DNA from: a virus
Reading direction: 5' to 3' (one strand)
IMG/VR virus record: IMGVR_UViG_3300031884_000939
Span: 64,001 to 128,000 of that record
Length of the DNA stretch: 64,000 bases
Shown: positions 47,985-57,418 of the stretch, piece after piece
How the letters are laid out: every line of letters starts with the position of its first letter
Position numbering within the stretch: the first letter of the stretch is position 1
Notes under the pieces: generated by a model
Told to the model about the DNA's origin: nothing
Databases searched by the model: none
Seen by the model: only the letters and a program-made list of their open reading frames with translations
Program-made: the position numbers and the translations under genes

Positions 47985-48262
47985 TGCTTTTCAAACAACC
48001 ATAAATCTTCAAAATTGCCACCTTTCATCTTGGCCGCTTGGCGTCCTGTGGAAATGGCACTCCATTGTACTTTATAACGGCCTGTATTAGTTAAATGGCG
48101 ACTAACAACCTCCATCATATCTTCACTAATTGTAACATCTTCTTTGGTTTTAGTTGACCCGTCTACACTAATTGAATCAAAATTCAATCTAAGTTTAATT
48201 TCTTCATGGAGAGCTTGATTGCTCTCCATTAATCTGCCTTCATAGTATTCGTTGCTACCCAT
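47981..48262 (-). CDS. Hypothetical protein
   Basis: Coupled to the methyltransferase. Confidence 0.5.
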   Translation of the reverse strand: MGSNEYYEGRLMESNQALHEEIKLRLNFDSISVDGSTKTKEDVTISEDMMEVVSRHLTNTGRYKVQWSAISTGRQAAKMKGGNFEDLWLFEKQ

Positions 48263-48313
48263 ATGCTAATCCAATTAAGTAAAAGCATAGTATAGCACTC
48301 AATTTAACTATTG

Positions 48314-48535
48314 TCAAACATCTTCGCCTTTTAATATTCGCCATGCTTTGGGCTCTAATCGTACATACTGCCAAAACCATCGCTTAACTCGTTTGGAGTA
48401 GCGTAATCTAAAATATCGCTTTTCGGTTCTAAACATAAACCCAAAGCTATCCTTGTCGGATAATGGATAAAAGGTTAGTCCGTTGTTTAAGTATTCGCCT
48501 TCTTGGTGTCGAATATGTAAGTATCTCATGCCCAC
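48314..48535 (-). CDS. Hypothetical protein
   Basis: RLRYSKRVKRW basic ORF. Confidence 0.55.
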   Translation of the reverse strand: MGMRYLHIRHQEGEYLNNGLTFYPLSDKDSFGFMFRTEKRYFRLRYSKRVKRWFWQYVRLEPKAWRILKGEDV

Positions 48536-48759
48536 CTTAACATAAACATTAGATAGGCTTGTTCACTGTCAAACATAATTTCATCGTATCCACTACCAGA
48601 TCTGACAGATAACCCGTGTGTTTCTTTAAGCCATTGATCTCTTTCAATGCTGTTATTAAATAACCAATCCCCGCGAGTAGCTGTCACACAATTTCGCATT
48701 GGGGCAATAATGTTAGATAGTCGTACAGAATACATTGTTTTTACCAACTCTTGGCGCAT
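48526..48759 (-). CDS. F-x-L-K-W family micro-protein
   Basis: IMFDSEQAYLMFMLRWA. Confidence 0.7.
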   Translation of the reverse strand: MRQELVKTMYSVRLSNIIAPMRNCVTATRGDWLFNNSIERDQWLKETHGLSVRSGSGYDEIMFDSEQAYLMFMLRWA

Positions 48760-48995
48760 AAGGCATAATGTACATATACCTTTTCTTCCATAAGAATAAT
48801 GTTGTTGCTAAAAACTGTCCCCCATCCATTCATGTTAGGATAATTTTCCTCTAGCCACTTTAATACATCGCAGTCGCCGTTAATGCGCCACAGTACTTGG
48901 TCTTCCCACTCTTTGGTTTCATTGTTCCATACTTTCTTTTTAGTAGCTCTGCGGCGCCATTGTTCTTCTTCTACATAATCAACCATAATATTCAC
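48741..48995 (-). CDS. Micro-protein, divergent family member
   Basis: LKWLEENY...MEEKVYVHYAL. Confidence 0.55.
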   Translation of the reverse strand: MNIMVDYVEEEQWRRRATKKKVWNNETKEWEDQVLWRINGDCDVLKWLEENYPNMNGWGTVFSNNIILMEEKVYVHYALCAKSW

Positions 48996-48996
48996 A

Positions 48997-49236
48997 CTAA
49001 CTCCATTTTAATACAAACATTGTATAATTAGATTCAATCCTAAATGTAATATAAAAATAACTTTTATGATAATTTCTATTTAAACGGCCCCCGAATTCTA
49101 ATAATTTACTATTAACTAGTTTACCCCAGTCGTCCCTATTTAATAATATACTGTCCTTATAATCAGGAAATACATAATTCATAAAATTATCCCACCACAC
49201 GGGTTTTTCATTACGGCCTAATTCAATACAAATCAT
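48997..49236 (-). CDS. F-x-L-K-W family micro-protein
   Basis: ITFRIESNYTMFVLKWS. Confidence 0.7.
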   Translation of the reverse strand: MICIELGRNEKPVWWDNFMNYVFPDYKDSILLNRDDWGKLVNSKLLEFGGRLNRNYHKSYFYITFRIESNYTMFVLKWS

Positions 49237-49409
49237 AATTAATATCCTTTATTTGGCGGCAGGCCTGCGTGGTTTACTATGATCCCTCCTTAATTCAATA
49301 AACAATCTATTGCGCCTATAATGAATTAAATCCATTATACTAGCAATTAAAAATGCCATAAAGATTAATCCCGTTAATATTGCAAGAATTAATATTAAAA
49401 TAATTAAAA

Positions 49410-49631
49410 TTAACTCCATTTTAATAAAAACATCATAGCGTCATGCTCTGTATTAAATTTAACCATAAAATCCCCGTCAATACCATTTTCAACGTCAATT
49501 ATATTAAATTGACTACAAAAATAATCGTGTTGAATTGGCATGGGTCGCCCAGTATCTGTTAATGAGCAAGCCGCACGATGAAATGCCCTAAAAGGAATTT
49601 GAATTTCTATCCCCATTTTAATAAAAACCAA
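49410..49631 (-). CDS. F-x-L-K-W family micro-protein
   Basis: VKFNTEHDAMMFLLKWS. Confidence 0.7.
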   Translation of the reverse strand: MVFIKMGIEIQIPFRAFHRAACSLTDTGRPMPIQHDYFCSQFNIIDVENGIDGDFMVKFNTEHDAMMFLLKWS

Positions 49632-49873
49632 GAATAATCTTTTTCTTTACGAAAATATAATTGAACTCCCACAGCCGTATGGGCAAAATTACCTGTACTT
49701 TCATAATGTGGGCGCCAACACCAACGAGGGTTATTTTTACGAGTAAATCCCTGGGAGCCTAAATTCTTCTGTAGCCAAGCAAAAATATCATCAACATAAT
49801 TATCCTCGTCTTCAATTATATTAATAGCATAAGGCCAACGACGCTCTACTATTCTACGCTCGTGACTATTCAC
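49607..49873 (-). CDS. F-x-L-K-W family micro-protein
   Basis: LYFRKEKDYSWFLLKWG. Confidence 0.7.
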   Translation of the reverse strand: MNSHERRIVERRWPYAINIIEDEDNYVDDIFAWLQKNLGSQGFTRKNNPRWCWRPHYESTGNFAHTAVGVQLYFRKEKDYSWFLLKWG

Positions 49874-49874
49874 A

Positions 49875-50099
49875 TTAACCCCATTTTAACATAAACCAAG
49901 TATAATCTTCGTCATGGTCAAAGATATATGTTATATTGCCGGGACCGTGTGAACCGTCAGGATCAACACGGCATTTAAATGCTTCACGCCACCGTTGACC
50001 ATATTGGCGGGGAGTTTCCAATCGTGCTACAGGTAATGTTCTTTTGGCATTCCAATAAGCTCGATTAAAAGCATCATCTTTAATATTAACGCGAATCAT
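49875..50099 (-). CDS. F-x-L-K-W family micro-protein
   Basis: YIFDHDEDYTWFMLKWG. Confidence 0.7.
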   Translation of the reverse strand: MIRVNIKDDAFNRAYWNAKRTLPVARLETPRQYGQRWREAFKCRVDPDGSHGPGNITYIFDHDEDYTWFMLKWG

Positions 50100-50329
50100 A
50101 TATAAATTAATCCAAATAATGTGGCCATTCCAGGGTCTTTAAAACACATAGCAATATAAGCTATATTATTCTTTTTATATGTATAATGCTCATATTCAAT
50201 ATCTTCATGATAATTACGGCCAGCTAACCAAGCAGACATATACCAATATTGATGCTTGTGCATTTCAATATGTACTTGATGGGGATAATGTATAGCTATA
50301 TCTTTAACAATTAAATCGAAATTATTCAT
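50096..50329 (-). CDS. F-x-L-K-W family micro-protein (divergent)
   Basis: MCFKDPGMATLFGLIY. Confidence 0.6.
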   Translation of the reverse strand: MNNFDLIVKDIAIHYPHQVHIEMHKHQYWYMSAWLAGRNYHEDIEYEHYTYKKNNIAYIAMCFKDPGMATLFGLIYI

Positions 50330-50690
50330 TTAAATCCTTTTCGAATCTAGCACGAACTAATGGCTCATTGGGTTGATCCCGCCTACTGCGTACATATATC
50401 TGCCCCTCGGGATAATCCATGGTTAACTGCCAATTCAAATACTTTTTATTATACAAATCACGCTCTTTATATAACATAGCTGTGTATAAATCAGGTAATG
50501 TACTGAATTTAGGAGTAACAGCGTTAGGATTAATTAACGCATTAATTAAAATATCCTGTTGTATTCCTTTATAAGTTAATGGCTCGGAATCTACACGATC
50601 CCATAAACTATTGGGAATAGATTCACGAACAATATTAACTAAATCCTTTTCCCGCATAATAACAGTACGAACAATAGTTTTTATCCCCAT
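50322..50690 (-). CDS. Hypothetical protein
   Basis: 122 aa coupled ORF. Confidence 0.55.
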   Translation of the reverse strand: MGIKTIVRTVIMREKDLVNIVRESIPNSLWDRVDSEPLTYKGIQQDILINALINPNAVTPKFSTLPDLYTAMLYKERDLYNKKYLNWQLTMDYPEGQIYVRSRRDQPNEPLVRARFEKDLNE

Positions 50691-50902
50691 TTTAACTCCG
50701 CATATGATAGTAATGATTCATTAATAAAAGTAAAATCTACACTAGCTGGGATAATATCGTCGTTGGTAAAATAATCCCCACGGCTACCATTATAACGCCA
50801 AGTAAAATCCACGCCAGCCTTAAGCCCCATAGACTTTAATTCTTCCACATAAGACATAGCTTCCATGGCATTCTTAACTGGTATAGACACATAATTAGGC
50901 AT
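50681..50902 (-). CDS. F-x-L-K-W family micro-protein
   Basis: FTFINESLLSYAELKWG. Confidence 0.65.
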   Translation of the reverse strand: MPNYVSIPVKNAMEAMSYVEELKSMGLKAGVDFTWRYNGSRGDYFTNDDIIPASVDFTFINESLLSYAELKWG

Positions 50903-50914
50903 GGTTTTGCTATA

Positions 50915-50940
50915 GAACTAGAGAACAAGCGCGAAGCGCA
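50915..50940 (+). repeat. Left arm of a distant inverted repeat with GCGAAGC mini-hairpin
   Basis: GAACTAGAGAACAAGCGCGAAGCGCA. Confidence 0.85.
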
Positions 50941-50955
50941 CGTGCACGATAGATA

Positions 50956-51228
50956 TTATTCAATAACAATCTCCCCACCGTATTTTAGTATATAAAAGGA
51001 TGCTAACTCCTCGGAATCAAACTCTACATAATGTAATTGATGTTGCTTAGGCCCACCAAACTTAATACGCCACCCCTCGCCCACAGCTAATACAGGATAA
51101 TCAGAGCCAGATATAATCGGCCCAACTAATTCAATTAATTCCTGCATAACCCTCTTAAGTTCACGCCTATACACACCATCGTCATATATCCCACTTAATC
51201 TATTAGTAATGGAAACGATGGTAGTCAT
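50956..51228 (-). CDS. F-x-L-K-W family micro-protein
   Basis: VEFDSEELASFYILKYG. Confidence 0.65.
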   Translation of the reverse strand: MTTIVSITNRLSGIYDDGVYRRELKRVMQELIELVGPIISGSDYPVLAVGEGWRIKFGGPKQHQLHYVEFDSEELASFYILKYGGEIVIE

Positions 51229-51379
51229 TATATGCTAAGTTAATTATCTTCACGAGAGTACACAAACAAGCAGACTAATCCCACTCCTGCCCAGCCCCAA
51301 TGATTAATTACTAACACAGATCCTGTAATAAACAATAACAAATTAATCCACTGTGGACTATAACTTATTTCATAACGAC

Positions 51380-51886
51380 TCATTTTTGATTCACTCCATA
51401 GTTTTGATAGGAATTAGCTTGAGTAGCCGCATATCCTTGATTAGTATTCATATTAGCCGCATGATTAAATGCCTGTTGAGCTTGAGCATAGCTTTGAAGA
51501 TTCTGTACTCTTTTCATGATATCATCCTCGGGATCATAATCAGCTTCTTTCTTTTTAAGCGCATCCATAGTACGATTGAGCTCATTACAATATTTGTCAT
51601 ATTGAATACTGAGTATAACAGTAATAAACTCTATAACATAATAAACATACATGAATACAATAGACGCTAATATAACAACATCAGAATGTACACTAAACAC
51701 GATATTAATTCCTATGCCTATAAGTGTTAATAGTATGCCAGTGACAGCAAAGCGTCCTAGTGTGTATAGTACAAACAACCCTGTTTCATAGCGTAGTCCA
51801 TGCTTATACCATATAAAATGCGCTCTTGGGAATGAAATAATGTTATTACCAATTTTACGCAATAGCCATAACGCAAAGTTTTTCAT
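51380..51886 (-). CDS. Membrane protein
   Basis: Two to three transmembrane segments, Q/N-rich tail; probable start MKNFAL. Confidence 0.6.
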   Translation of the reverse strand: MKNFALWLLRKIGNNIISFPRAHFIWYKHGLRYETGLFVLYTLGRFAVTGILLTLIGIGINIVFSVHSDVVILASIVFMYVYYVIEFITVILSIQYDKYCNELNRTMDALKKKEADYDPEDDIMKRVQNLQSYAQAQQAFNHAANMNTNQGYAATQANSYQNYGVNQK

Positions 51887-52341
51887 AGTGTGTATCCTAG
51901 TTAATAATGCTATTATTATAACATAATACGAATAAATGAACAATCTTTTTGATATGGCTAGCTAACCATACGAGCCGGAACCGTTTAATATAGCTAGTGT
52001 AAAGGATAGTTAAGGGAATTATAGTAAATGGTACAGAAATAAAGGATACAAGGCCGAATATTTAGTGTGTGAAAAAAATGGTGATTTTACAGAATATAAG
52101 AAAAGATTCAATCTTTATGGTTAGTAAGACATAGTGAAGAAAGTGTCAAAACCTTCGGCCCTCGGGGCGAGCAATGGCGAAAACGGCCTATACATCGCCT
52201 ACTATCACCTTGATACCGTTTCCATATCCCTTATCCGCATAGTCTCCTACTGTATAACACCCTTTTCTACGGTTATCGCCAGGTTCTCGGCTATACTATA
52301 CACTACCCAACCTTAGTATAGCCTTGACCCCGAGCTAACAA

Positions 52342-53508
52342 CTACTTCTTAGGGGCTTGCTGTACGGTAACTGAACCTTGCACTGCAGCGTTTTGACTTT
52401 GTGTATCTTGACGCCAATTACCCCATGCTTGACCCAGCTTTTGATTAAAACTATCACTATGACGGTTTCTAAACAGTATTAACACTAGTTCATGATTAGG
52501 GTCTACCCACGCTTTTTGGCCATACATACCTAACCATACATATCCATTCTTAATGACAGGATGTGTCCATACTCCAGTGCCATAACCAAAGTATATGCCG
52601 GCTTCTTCAGGTTTCACTACAGTATGTGTAGCATTTAGCATATATTCCTGTAAACACTTTCCATTAGCGCCTTTAATAGTATCCAATCCATATTGTGCCA
52701 AGTGTGCCCAATCAGTTAATGTAGCGGATAATCCATAGGATGTATTAATACGATTATCCTTGTCCCTAAACCAATCCATGGGCTGTTCTGTGTGGCTTTT
52801 ATTAACTAGTTCACGCATATAGTATTCAGTACCTTTTAAGTGGTCCAATACTAATCCTAATGCGCTGGTATTCAAGTTATCATATGTATAATCATGGTCA
52901 TAACTTTTGAGGTTTTTGGGATTATTCATTAGGTCTGTTTGACTACTAAACTGTTTAGTTAATAGCCAAAAGTCCCCAGGGTTTTCACCGGTTCCTTGGC
53001 GGTCTGGGCCCGGGGCTCCTGATGTCATGGATAGTAATTGGGCTATAGTAGCACGGCCATACGCATTGTTTTTAAGCTCGGGCGCATATGATTCCGCGGT
53101 GTCATTTAGTGATTTAATATCGCCCCGACATAGTGCTTGACCCACTAATAAATTGGTTACGCCCTTGGCCAAACTCCATCCGAGGTATTGTGTGTTTATG
53201 TCCTTGTTACGCTCATATACTATAGTGCCGTGATCCAATAGTATCATGGATAAGTTATTGGGATCCTCTTCATACATCGTGTCCATACGAGCTTTAACTT
53301 GGGGGCTCAATTGCTCCTTGTCCCTAGCTAATGCCTCAGGTTTAGTGGGCTCAAATGTTATATGATTTAAGTCATGGCTAACACCGCCCTCCATCATATA
53401 GTATGTGGATACACCCTTACCGTCTGGGGTAAAGTTTAAATCTGAGCCCGGCACTAATGCTAGTGCATGGCCAGCATATAATAACAGTAATAATAGCCAT
53501 TTATTCAT
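52342..53508 (-). CDS. Secreted serine hydrolase of beta-lactamase/PBP fold (AmpC/NylB-like)
   Basis: Signal peptide; SxxK (WSLAK), LLSMTSG, YxN (YDN), GMYGQ. Confidence 0.85.
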   Translation of the reverse strand: MNKWLLLLLLYAGHALALVPGSDLNFTPDGKGVSTYYMMEGGVSHDLNHITFEPTKPEALARDKEQLSPQVKARMDTMYEEDPNNLSMILLDHGTIVYERNKDINTQYLGWSLAKGVTNLLVGQALCRGDIKSLNDTAESYAPELKNNAYGRATIAQLLSMTSGAPGPDRQGTGENPGDFWLLTKQFSSQTDLMNNPKNLKSYDHDYTYDNLNTSALGLVLDHLKGTEYYMRELVNKSHTEQPMDWFRDKDNRINTSYGLSATLTDWAHLAQYGLDTIKGANGKCLQEYMLNATHTVVKPEEAGIYFGYGTGVWTHPVIKNGYVWLGMYGQKAWVDPNHELVLILFRNRHSDSFNQKLGQAWGNWRQDTQSQNAAVQGSVTVQQAPKK

Positions 53509-53516
53509 ATTAATTC

Positions 53517-53750
53517 CTAGTAGTAACAAACATGGCTAGAACCATGCCTAGAATCCATAGGGCCAGGATAGTTAACAGCTAGACGAGTCTTATATAACTG
53601 TGTAGCCAAGTTAATCTGCTCATGAGTAAAGCCATAGTCATATATGCCGTTAGGTCCGTAGAAGTCCAGCATATAATTAGTAAAGTTATTAGTATAATCA
53701 AACCCTAGAGGAGTCATGCCATATAATGCTTCAACTTGTGGGGTCTTCAT
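53517..53750 (-). CDS. Hypothetical protein
   Basis: FTNYMLDFYGPNGIY. Confidence 0.55.
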   Translation of the reverse strand: MKTPQVEALYGMTPLGFDYTNNFTNYMLDFYGPNGIYDYGFTHEQINLATQLYKTRLAVNYPGPMDSRHGSSHVCYY

Positions 53751-53923
53751 TATACTATCTCCTTGATGGGGAACTTCGCCTGTATGACATGGAATGCTAT
53801 CATGGTACGCTCACTGTATAGCCTACGGCCATGTTTAGCGATATCTCTAACAATATCCGGGGCGGTCCAGCCTATGAATGCCGCTTCTTTTTTAATCTGT
53901 TTAATGGCAGTTTCTAGCTTCAT
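53750..53923 (-). CDS. Hypothetical protein
   Basis: AAGGA before MKLETAIKQI. Confidence 0.55.
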   Translation of the reverse strand: MKLETAIKQIKKEAAFIGWTAPDIVRDIAKHGRRLYSERTMIAFHVIQAKFPIKEIV

Positions 53924-54378
53924 ATTAGTATATTTCCTTTGCATGTTTTCGTATAATGCGGCGGCCTAATGCGAGATTATCAGCCAATTTTAACGCTTGT
54001 TTTTTGCTAGGAGCAAACACTAGCTGCTCTATAGTTTCATCAATAGTAACCACTGTTAATCGATATGGCATTATAGTGCCTCGTATAAGTGTGCGAATGC
54101 TTCCGGGCTAACATAGTCTTTAACATAGATATAGATATCTACAATGTCATAGCCTGTGAGCTTCATGCGTACAATCTCTGCGTTAACATCCATTATAGTT
54201 GCTCCTTGATAGTTGCGATTAGTGCGCGAATGCGCTGGTTGTCTGAACAGTCCTCACGGTTCTGATTAACACGAACTGACAAGAGTTCACGCAGGGCCTC
54301 TAGGGTTAGCTCTGCTTGCCTAGGGGTAATGTCTAACTTAACTCTCTGTGCTATCATTTATTAGTGCTCCTGCTTATT

Positions 54379-54424
54379 GTTTACTATATACATAGTATAA
54401 CGCCAAGGGCATTGTATGTCAACC
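54379..54424 (-). promoter_or_regulatory. Early sigma70 promoter with ATAGTAAAC box
   Basis: GGTTGACA-N17-TATACT-N6-ATAGTAAAC; drives several ORFs under 60 aa at about 53.9-54.36 kb. Confidence 0.85.
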
Positions 54425-54890
54425 AAAAGGATTGATTATGGCATCTGCCTGGGCCCCAACACACGGTTAGCCTAACTATATTATAACATCTTATTAGAGC
54501 TTAGTCAACCCCCTGGGCCTTGCCATACTGTGGGGTAGGTTAGCCATAATATCATAGCTGTTTTTAGGGCCCAAAATAGGGTGTATATTATACAGGTTTT
54601 TAGGGCTTTTGTCAAGTGGCCTAGGCTTGCCATTCAAGATTATTTTGAGCAACCATGGGGTGGGGGGTCTAAAAACTTCGGGTACCCCCGGTAGGTCTAT
54701 TAAGCTACAATACAAAGTGTAAAGTTGGAAAAGGCGCCAATTTTATTTCGTATTATTCTGCCCTAATATAAGCCCACCATACCCCCAGGTCTTAAAACTT
54801 CACCACCTTTATTTTTCCGGGGTTTTCAAAAATTTGCACAAAATTTTTTTTTATCTTCTGTGCATATAGACCTGGTTATAAATATATCTC
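54425..54890. other. Candidate replication origin or terminus region
   Basis: Divergent intergenic region with G and C runs, palindromes and long T tracts, lying between the inverted GCGAAGC repeats. Confidence 0.4.
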
Positions 54891-54891
54891 T

Positions 54892-55332
54892 ATGTTCTAT
54901 ATTATAACCTTTTTCGGCTGGACACTATATCTATACTGTTTACACCGTATAGCACACTCTGGATCAATACCCTTTTTACGGCGTGCTCACATGGCACATC
55001 ATGCTCAAATACGTATAAAGGGTACTACTCACTGGCATTATACTAACTTATTCTTATATACAGATACTTGGGCTGTAACTAGGGATATGTGGGTTACTGA
55101 GATTATTCCCACTATTATATTTGCTATAGTATTCAATGCTTACTGGTTATTGGGTTTATACTATATATGGGCTGCGTTTTTACAAGAACCATTAGAGCAT
55201 AATCCCAAATTAGGTATATTCCCATTTACTAGTGGAGTATGGCATTTAAAGCATCATAGTAATGTATATTGTAACTATGGATTATTCTTCCCTATATGGG
55301 ATAAGTTGTTTAATACTGAATCTAAGTTATAA
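54892..55332 (+). CDS. Fatty acid hydroxylase/sterol desaturase family protein
   Basis: His boxes HRIAH, HMAHH, HLKHH; NYGLFFPIWDKLF; TATAAATA at 54877. Confidence 0.85.
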   Translation: MFYIITFFGWTLYLYCLHRIAHSGSIPFLRRAHMAHHAQIRIKGTTHWHYTNLFLYTDTWAVTRDMWVTEIIPTIIFAIVFNAYWLLGLYYIWAAFLQEPLEHNPKLGIFPFTSGVWHLKHHSNVYCNYGLFFPIWDKLFNTESKL

Positions 55333-55364
55333 CTTATACGAGCTTTAGTATATACACTATCCAT

Positions 55365-55586
55365 TTAGTCATGTTCCATACCCACTATATCCAATATAGT
55401 AGCATACTCATATCCCAAGTTCTTATTACCCGTATGGCGCAGTCTTCTATATACATCCTGATTAACTAGTAGTTCATCATTAATGCTATACTGTGGTTCT
55501 AGTGTATAATAGGGTTCCCAATGGCCAGGAGTCACTACTAGGGTTACAACCTTTTTGGGTATGCTGGTTATTTTAGGTATTGCCAT
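55365..55586 (-). CDS. Hypothetical protein
   Basis: 73 aa coupled ORF. Confidence 0.45.
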   Translation of the reverse strand: MAIPKITSIPKKVVTLVVTPGHWEPYYTLEPQYSINDELLVNQDVYRRLRHTGNKNLGYEYATILDIVGMEHD

Positions 55587-55812
55587 ATTTCAATCTTATT
55601 AGTATTGCGTATTGTTCGTTATCCACTTCTAGACGCCATTCGGAATGTTGTCGTTTCCAATTACTAGCATCTTTAATATATTCATTGTATAAGCGCCATC
55701 CCACTCCACCTATACTATCATGTAAGTAATAGCGCCTAGGACTTATGTTACTGTGACAGTAATTAGCTATGTCCTCTTTGCGTATATGTTGGGGAATCTC
55801 AATCGTTGTCAT
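55573..55812 (-). CDS. F-x-L-K-W family micro-protein
   Basis: GGVGWR...LEVDNEQYAILIRLKYG. Confidence 0.65.
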   Translation of the reverse strand: MTTIEIPQHIRKEDIANYCHSNISPRRYYLHDSIGGVGWRLYNEYIKDASNWKRQHSEWRLEVDNEQYAILIRLKYGNT

Positions 55813-55940
55813 GTTGTTTAAGTTTATCCCACATACGCTGTTTATTCAGTTTACGCTTACGTATATAGTTGTCCACAGTACTAGCTATAATACCCATAGT
55901 AGCACCCAGTACAGCCGCTATTACTCCTATAATTAATTCA

Positions 55941-56144
55941 CTAGTATTCATTATACGCCAACATAAAGGTCATTGCTAGTTGCTCACTAGTATAGTACAA
56001 GGTACGACCCCGCATTAGTAAGGGTATATCCAATCTTTCATGTATATCATATATGTCGCTGGCGTGTACTATATCCAATGTGAGTCTATATGGATACAAG
56101 GGTAATCCCGGTAATTGGTCAGATTGTAATCGTTCTAATATCAT
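55941..56144 (-). CDS. F-x-L-K-W family micro-protein (divergent)
   Basis: LYYTSEQLAMTFMLAY. Confidence 0.55.
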   Translation of the reverse strand: MILERLQSDQLPGLPLYPYRLTLDIVHASDIYDIHERLDIPLLMRGRTLYYTSEQLAMTFMLAYNEY

Positions 56145-56157
56145 GTGTCTACCGCGC

Positions 56158-56185
56158 TGCGCTTCGCGCTTGTGTTCTCTAGTTC
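56158..56185 (-). repeat. Right arm of the inverted repeat with GCGAAGC mini-hairpin
   Basis: Reverse complement GAACTAGAGAACACAAGCGCGAAGCGCA equals the left arm plus a 2-nt insertion. Confidence 0.85.
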
Positions 56186-56190
56186 AATAG

Positions 56191-56469
56191 TCACGAATTC
56201 TTCAATAAATTCCATGTAATTGATTGGGGTAGTGTAGTGCCTAATTGTATAGTACGTTCGGGCATGATTAGTGTACTCCAAGCGCCTTTCTTTACTTCGC
56301 CCTCGCGGGTTTTATATGTATAGGTGTACAGTATTCTAATGCGGGCCCTACGTATACTACTAACTGTACCAATCTTAACTCCTTTTAAATATGAGGAGGT
56401 AAATGCTATGGGCTGTCCTAGTTCTATTAGTTGCCCCAAGCTGTCATAGTGTATATACTCTTTAACCAT
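56191..56469 (-). CDS. Hypothetical protein
   Basis: HYDSLGQLIELGQPIAF. Confidence 0.6.
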   Translation of the reverse strand: MVKEYIHYDSLGQLIELGQPIAFTSSYLKGVKIGTVSSIRRARIRILYTYTYKTREGEVKKGAWSTLIMPERTIQLGTTLPQSITWNLLKNS

Positions 56470-56667
56470 TACTTGCCTTTAATTAGTACAGGAGTTTTAA
56501 TTAGTTTATCCAGGGGTTCATCTAATACTACTAAAATACCATACATAATGGCACCATATGCTATAAACAAAAATAGCAAACATAATACCATAATGACGTG
56601 TATCCTAGTGTTAGATTTCATAATAACATTATACAAGATTTAGTATTACTTGTCAAATACAACAGAA

Positions 56668-56765
56668 CCCCTTTCGGGGCCATGTTGTCCTAGTATCTAG
56701 TCCACATCTAGGGTAGTGGATAGTAACCCCAAGTGACCAATTTGGGTGCCCACCAGACTTGGGCA
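56668..56765. ncRNA. Candidate multi-hairpin structured RNA
   Basis: Consecutive stems CCCC/GGGG, CTAG/CTAG, TCCAC/GTGGA, CCCAA/TTGGG, TGCCCA/TGGGCA in an intergenic gap. Confidence 0.45.
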
Positions 56766-56781
56766 ATTTATAAGGAGCGGT

Positions 56782-57015
56782 CTAATCCAAATATACTGTA
56801 AATGCTACTGCGTGTCTCTTAAGTGTATGACGATTATCTGTACCAATTCTGGGTCCGCGATATCTAATCCTTGGTTTATATCCCAAACTCTTTAATTGGT
56901 TGCGTGTAATATCTAACTGACTAATAGGTACATGATATAGTTTACGCTCAACAATATTAGTATATAATTCAGCGTACCCAGCAATAAATGCCGCTACCGT
57001 AAGTTCGCTATTCAT
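56782..57015 (-). CDS. Hypothetical protein
   Basis: RIRYRGPR...TLKRHA..F.VY. Confidence 0.6.
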   Translation of the reverse strand: MNSELTVAAFIAGYAELYTNIVERKLYHVPISQLDITRNQLKSLGYKPRIRYRGPRIGTDNRHTLKRHAVAFTVYLD

Positions 57016-57016
57016 A

Positions 57017-57418
57017 TTACTCACCATCATAGCTTAAATGTTTATGCTTACGATTCCAAGCGTCACGCACCTTGCGAGCTTCTGCGGGAGTCATTATAGC
57101 ACTGACTTCAACCTTGGCGCCTTGTAGTTCTTGACTAAACTTAGTGGGCACCTTAACTACTACTGTATTTTTGCGTACAGTTGCGCCACGAGCTTTGCCT
57201 ACTAGTAAATTAGTAATTTCTGTACGACCGTTGTCAAAACCGCGTACTAGCAATTCTTTAATGGCACTATCCTTGTCCATGGGCTTGGTTAGTTTAATCA
57301 TTTCAACTTCTGTATGGCCCACTTTAACCAAGTGTAAAAAACGAGCATCACTAGTAGTAAAGCGCAATTTAAGCTCACCGTTTAATCTGCTAACACCTGC
57401 GTATGTAAATTGTTTCAT
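57017..57418 (-). CDS. Early hypothetical protein (paralog of 24932-25258)
   Basis: FTYAGVSRLNGELKLRF...GHTEVEMIKLTKPMDK. Confidence 0.7.
   Translation of the reverse strand: MKQFTYAGVSRLNGELKLRFTTSDARFLHLVKVGHTEVEMIKLTKPMDKDSAIKELLVRGFDNGRTEITNLLVGKARGATVRKNTVVVKVPTKFSQELQGAKVEVSAIMTPAEARKVRDAWNRKHKHLSYDGE

Noticed and set aside
52342-53508. True antibiotic-resistance beta-lactamase
   Set aside because: Lacks the KTG triad (has WLG); resembles generic NylB/esterase-type serine hydrolases
54494-54715. 73-aa ORF in the putative origin
   Set aside because: Pro-rich translation of G/C runs with no RBS; likely spurious
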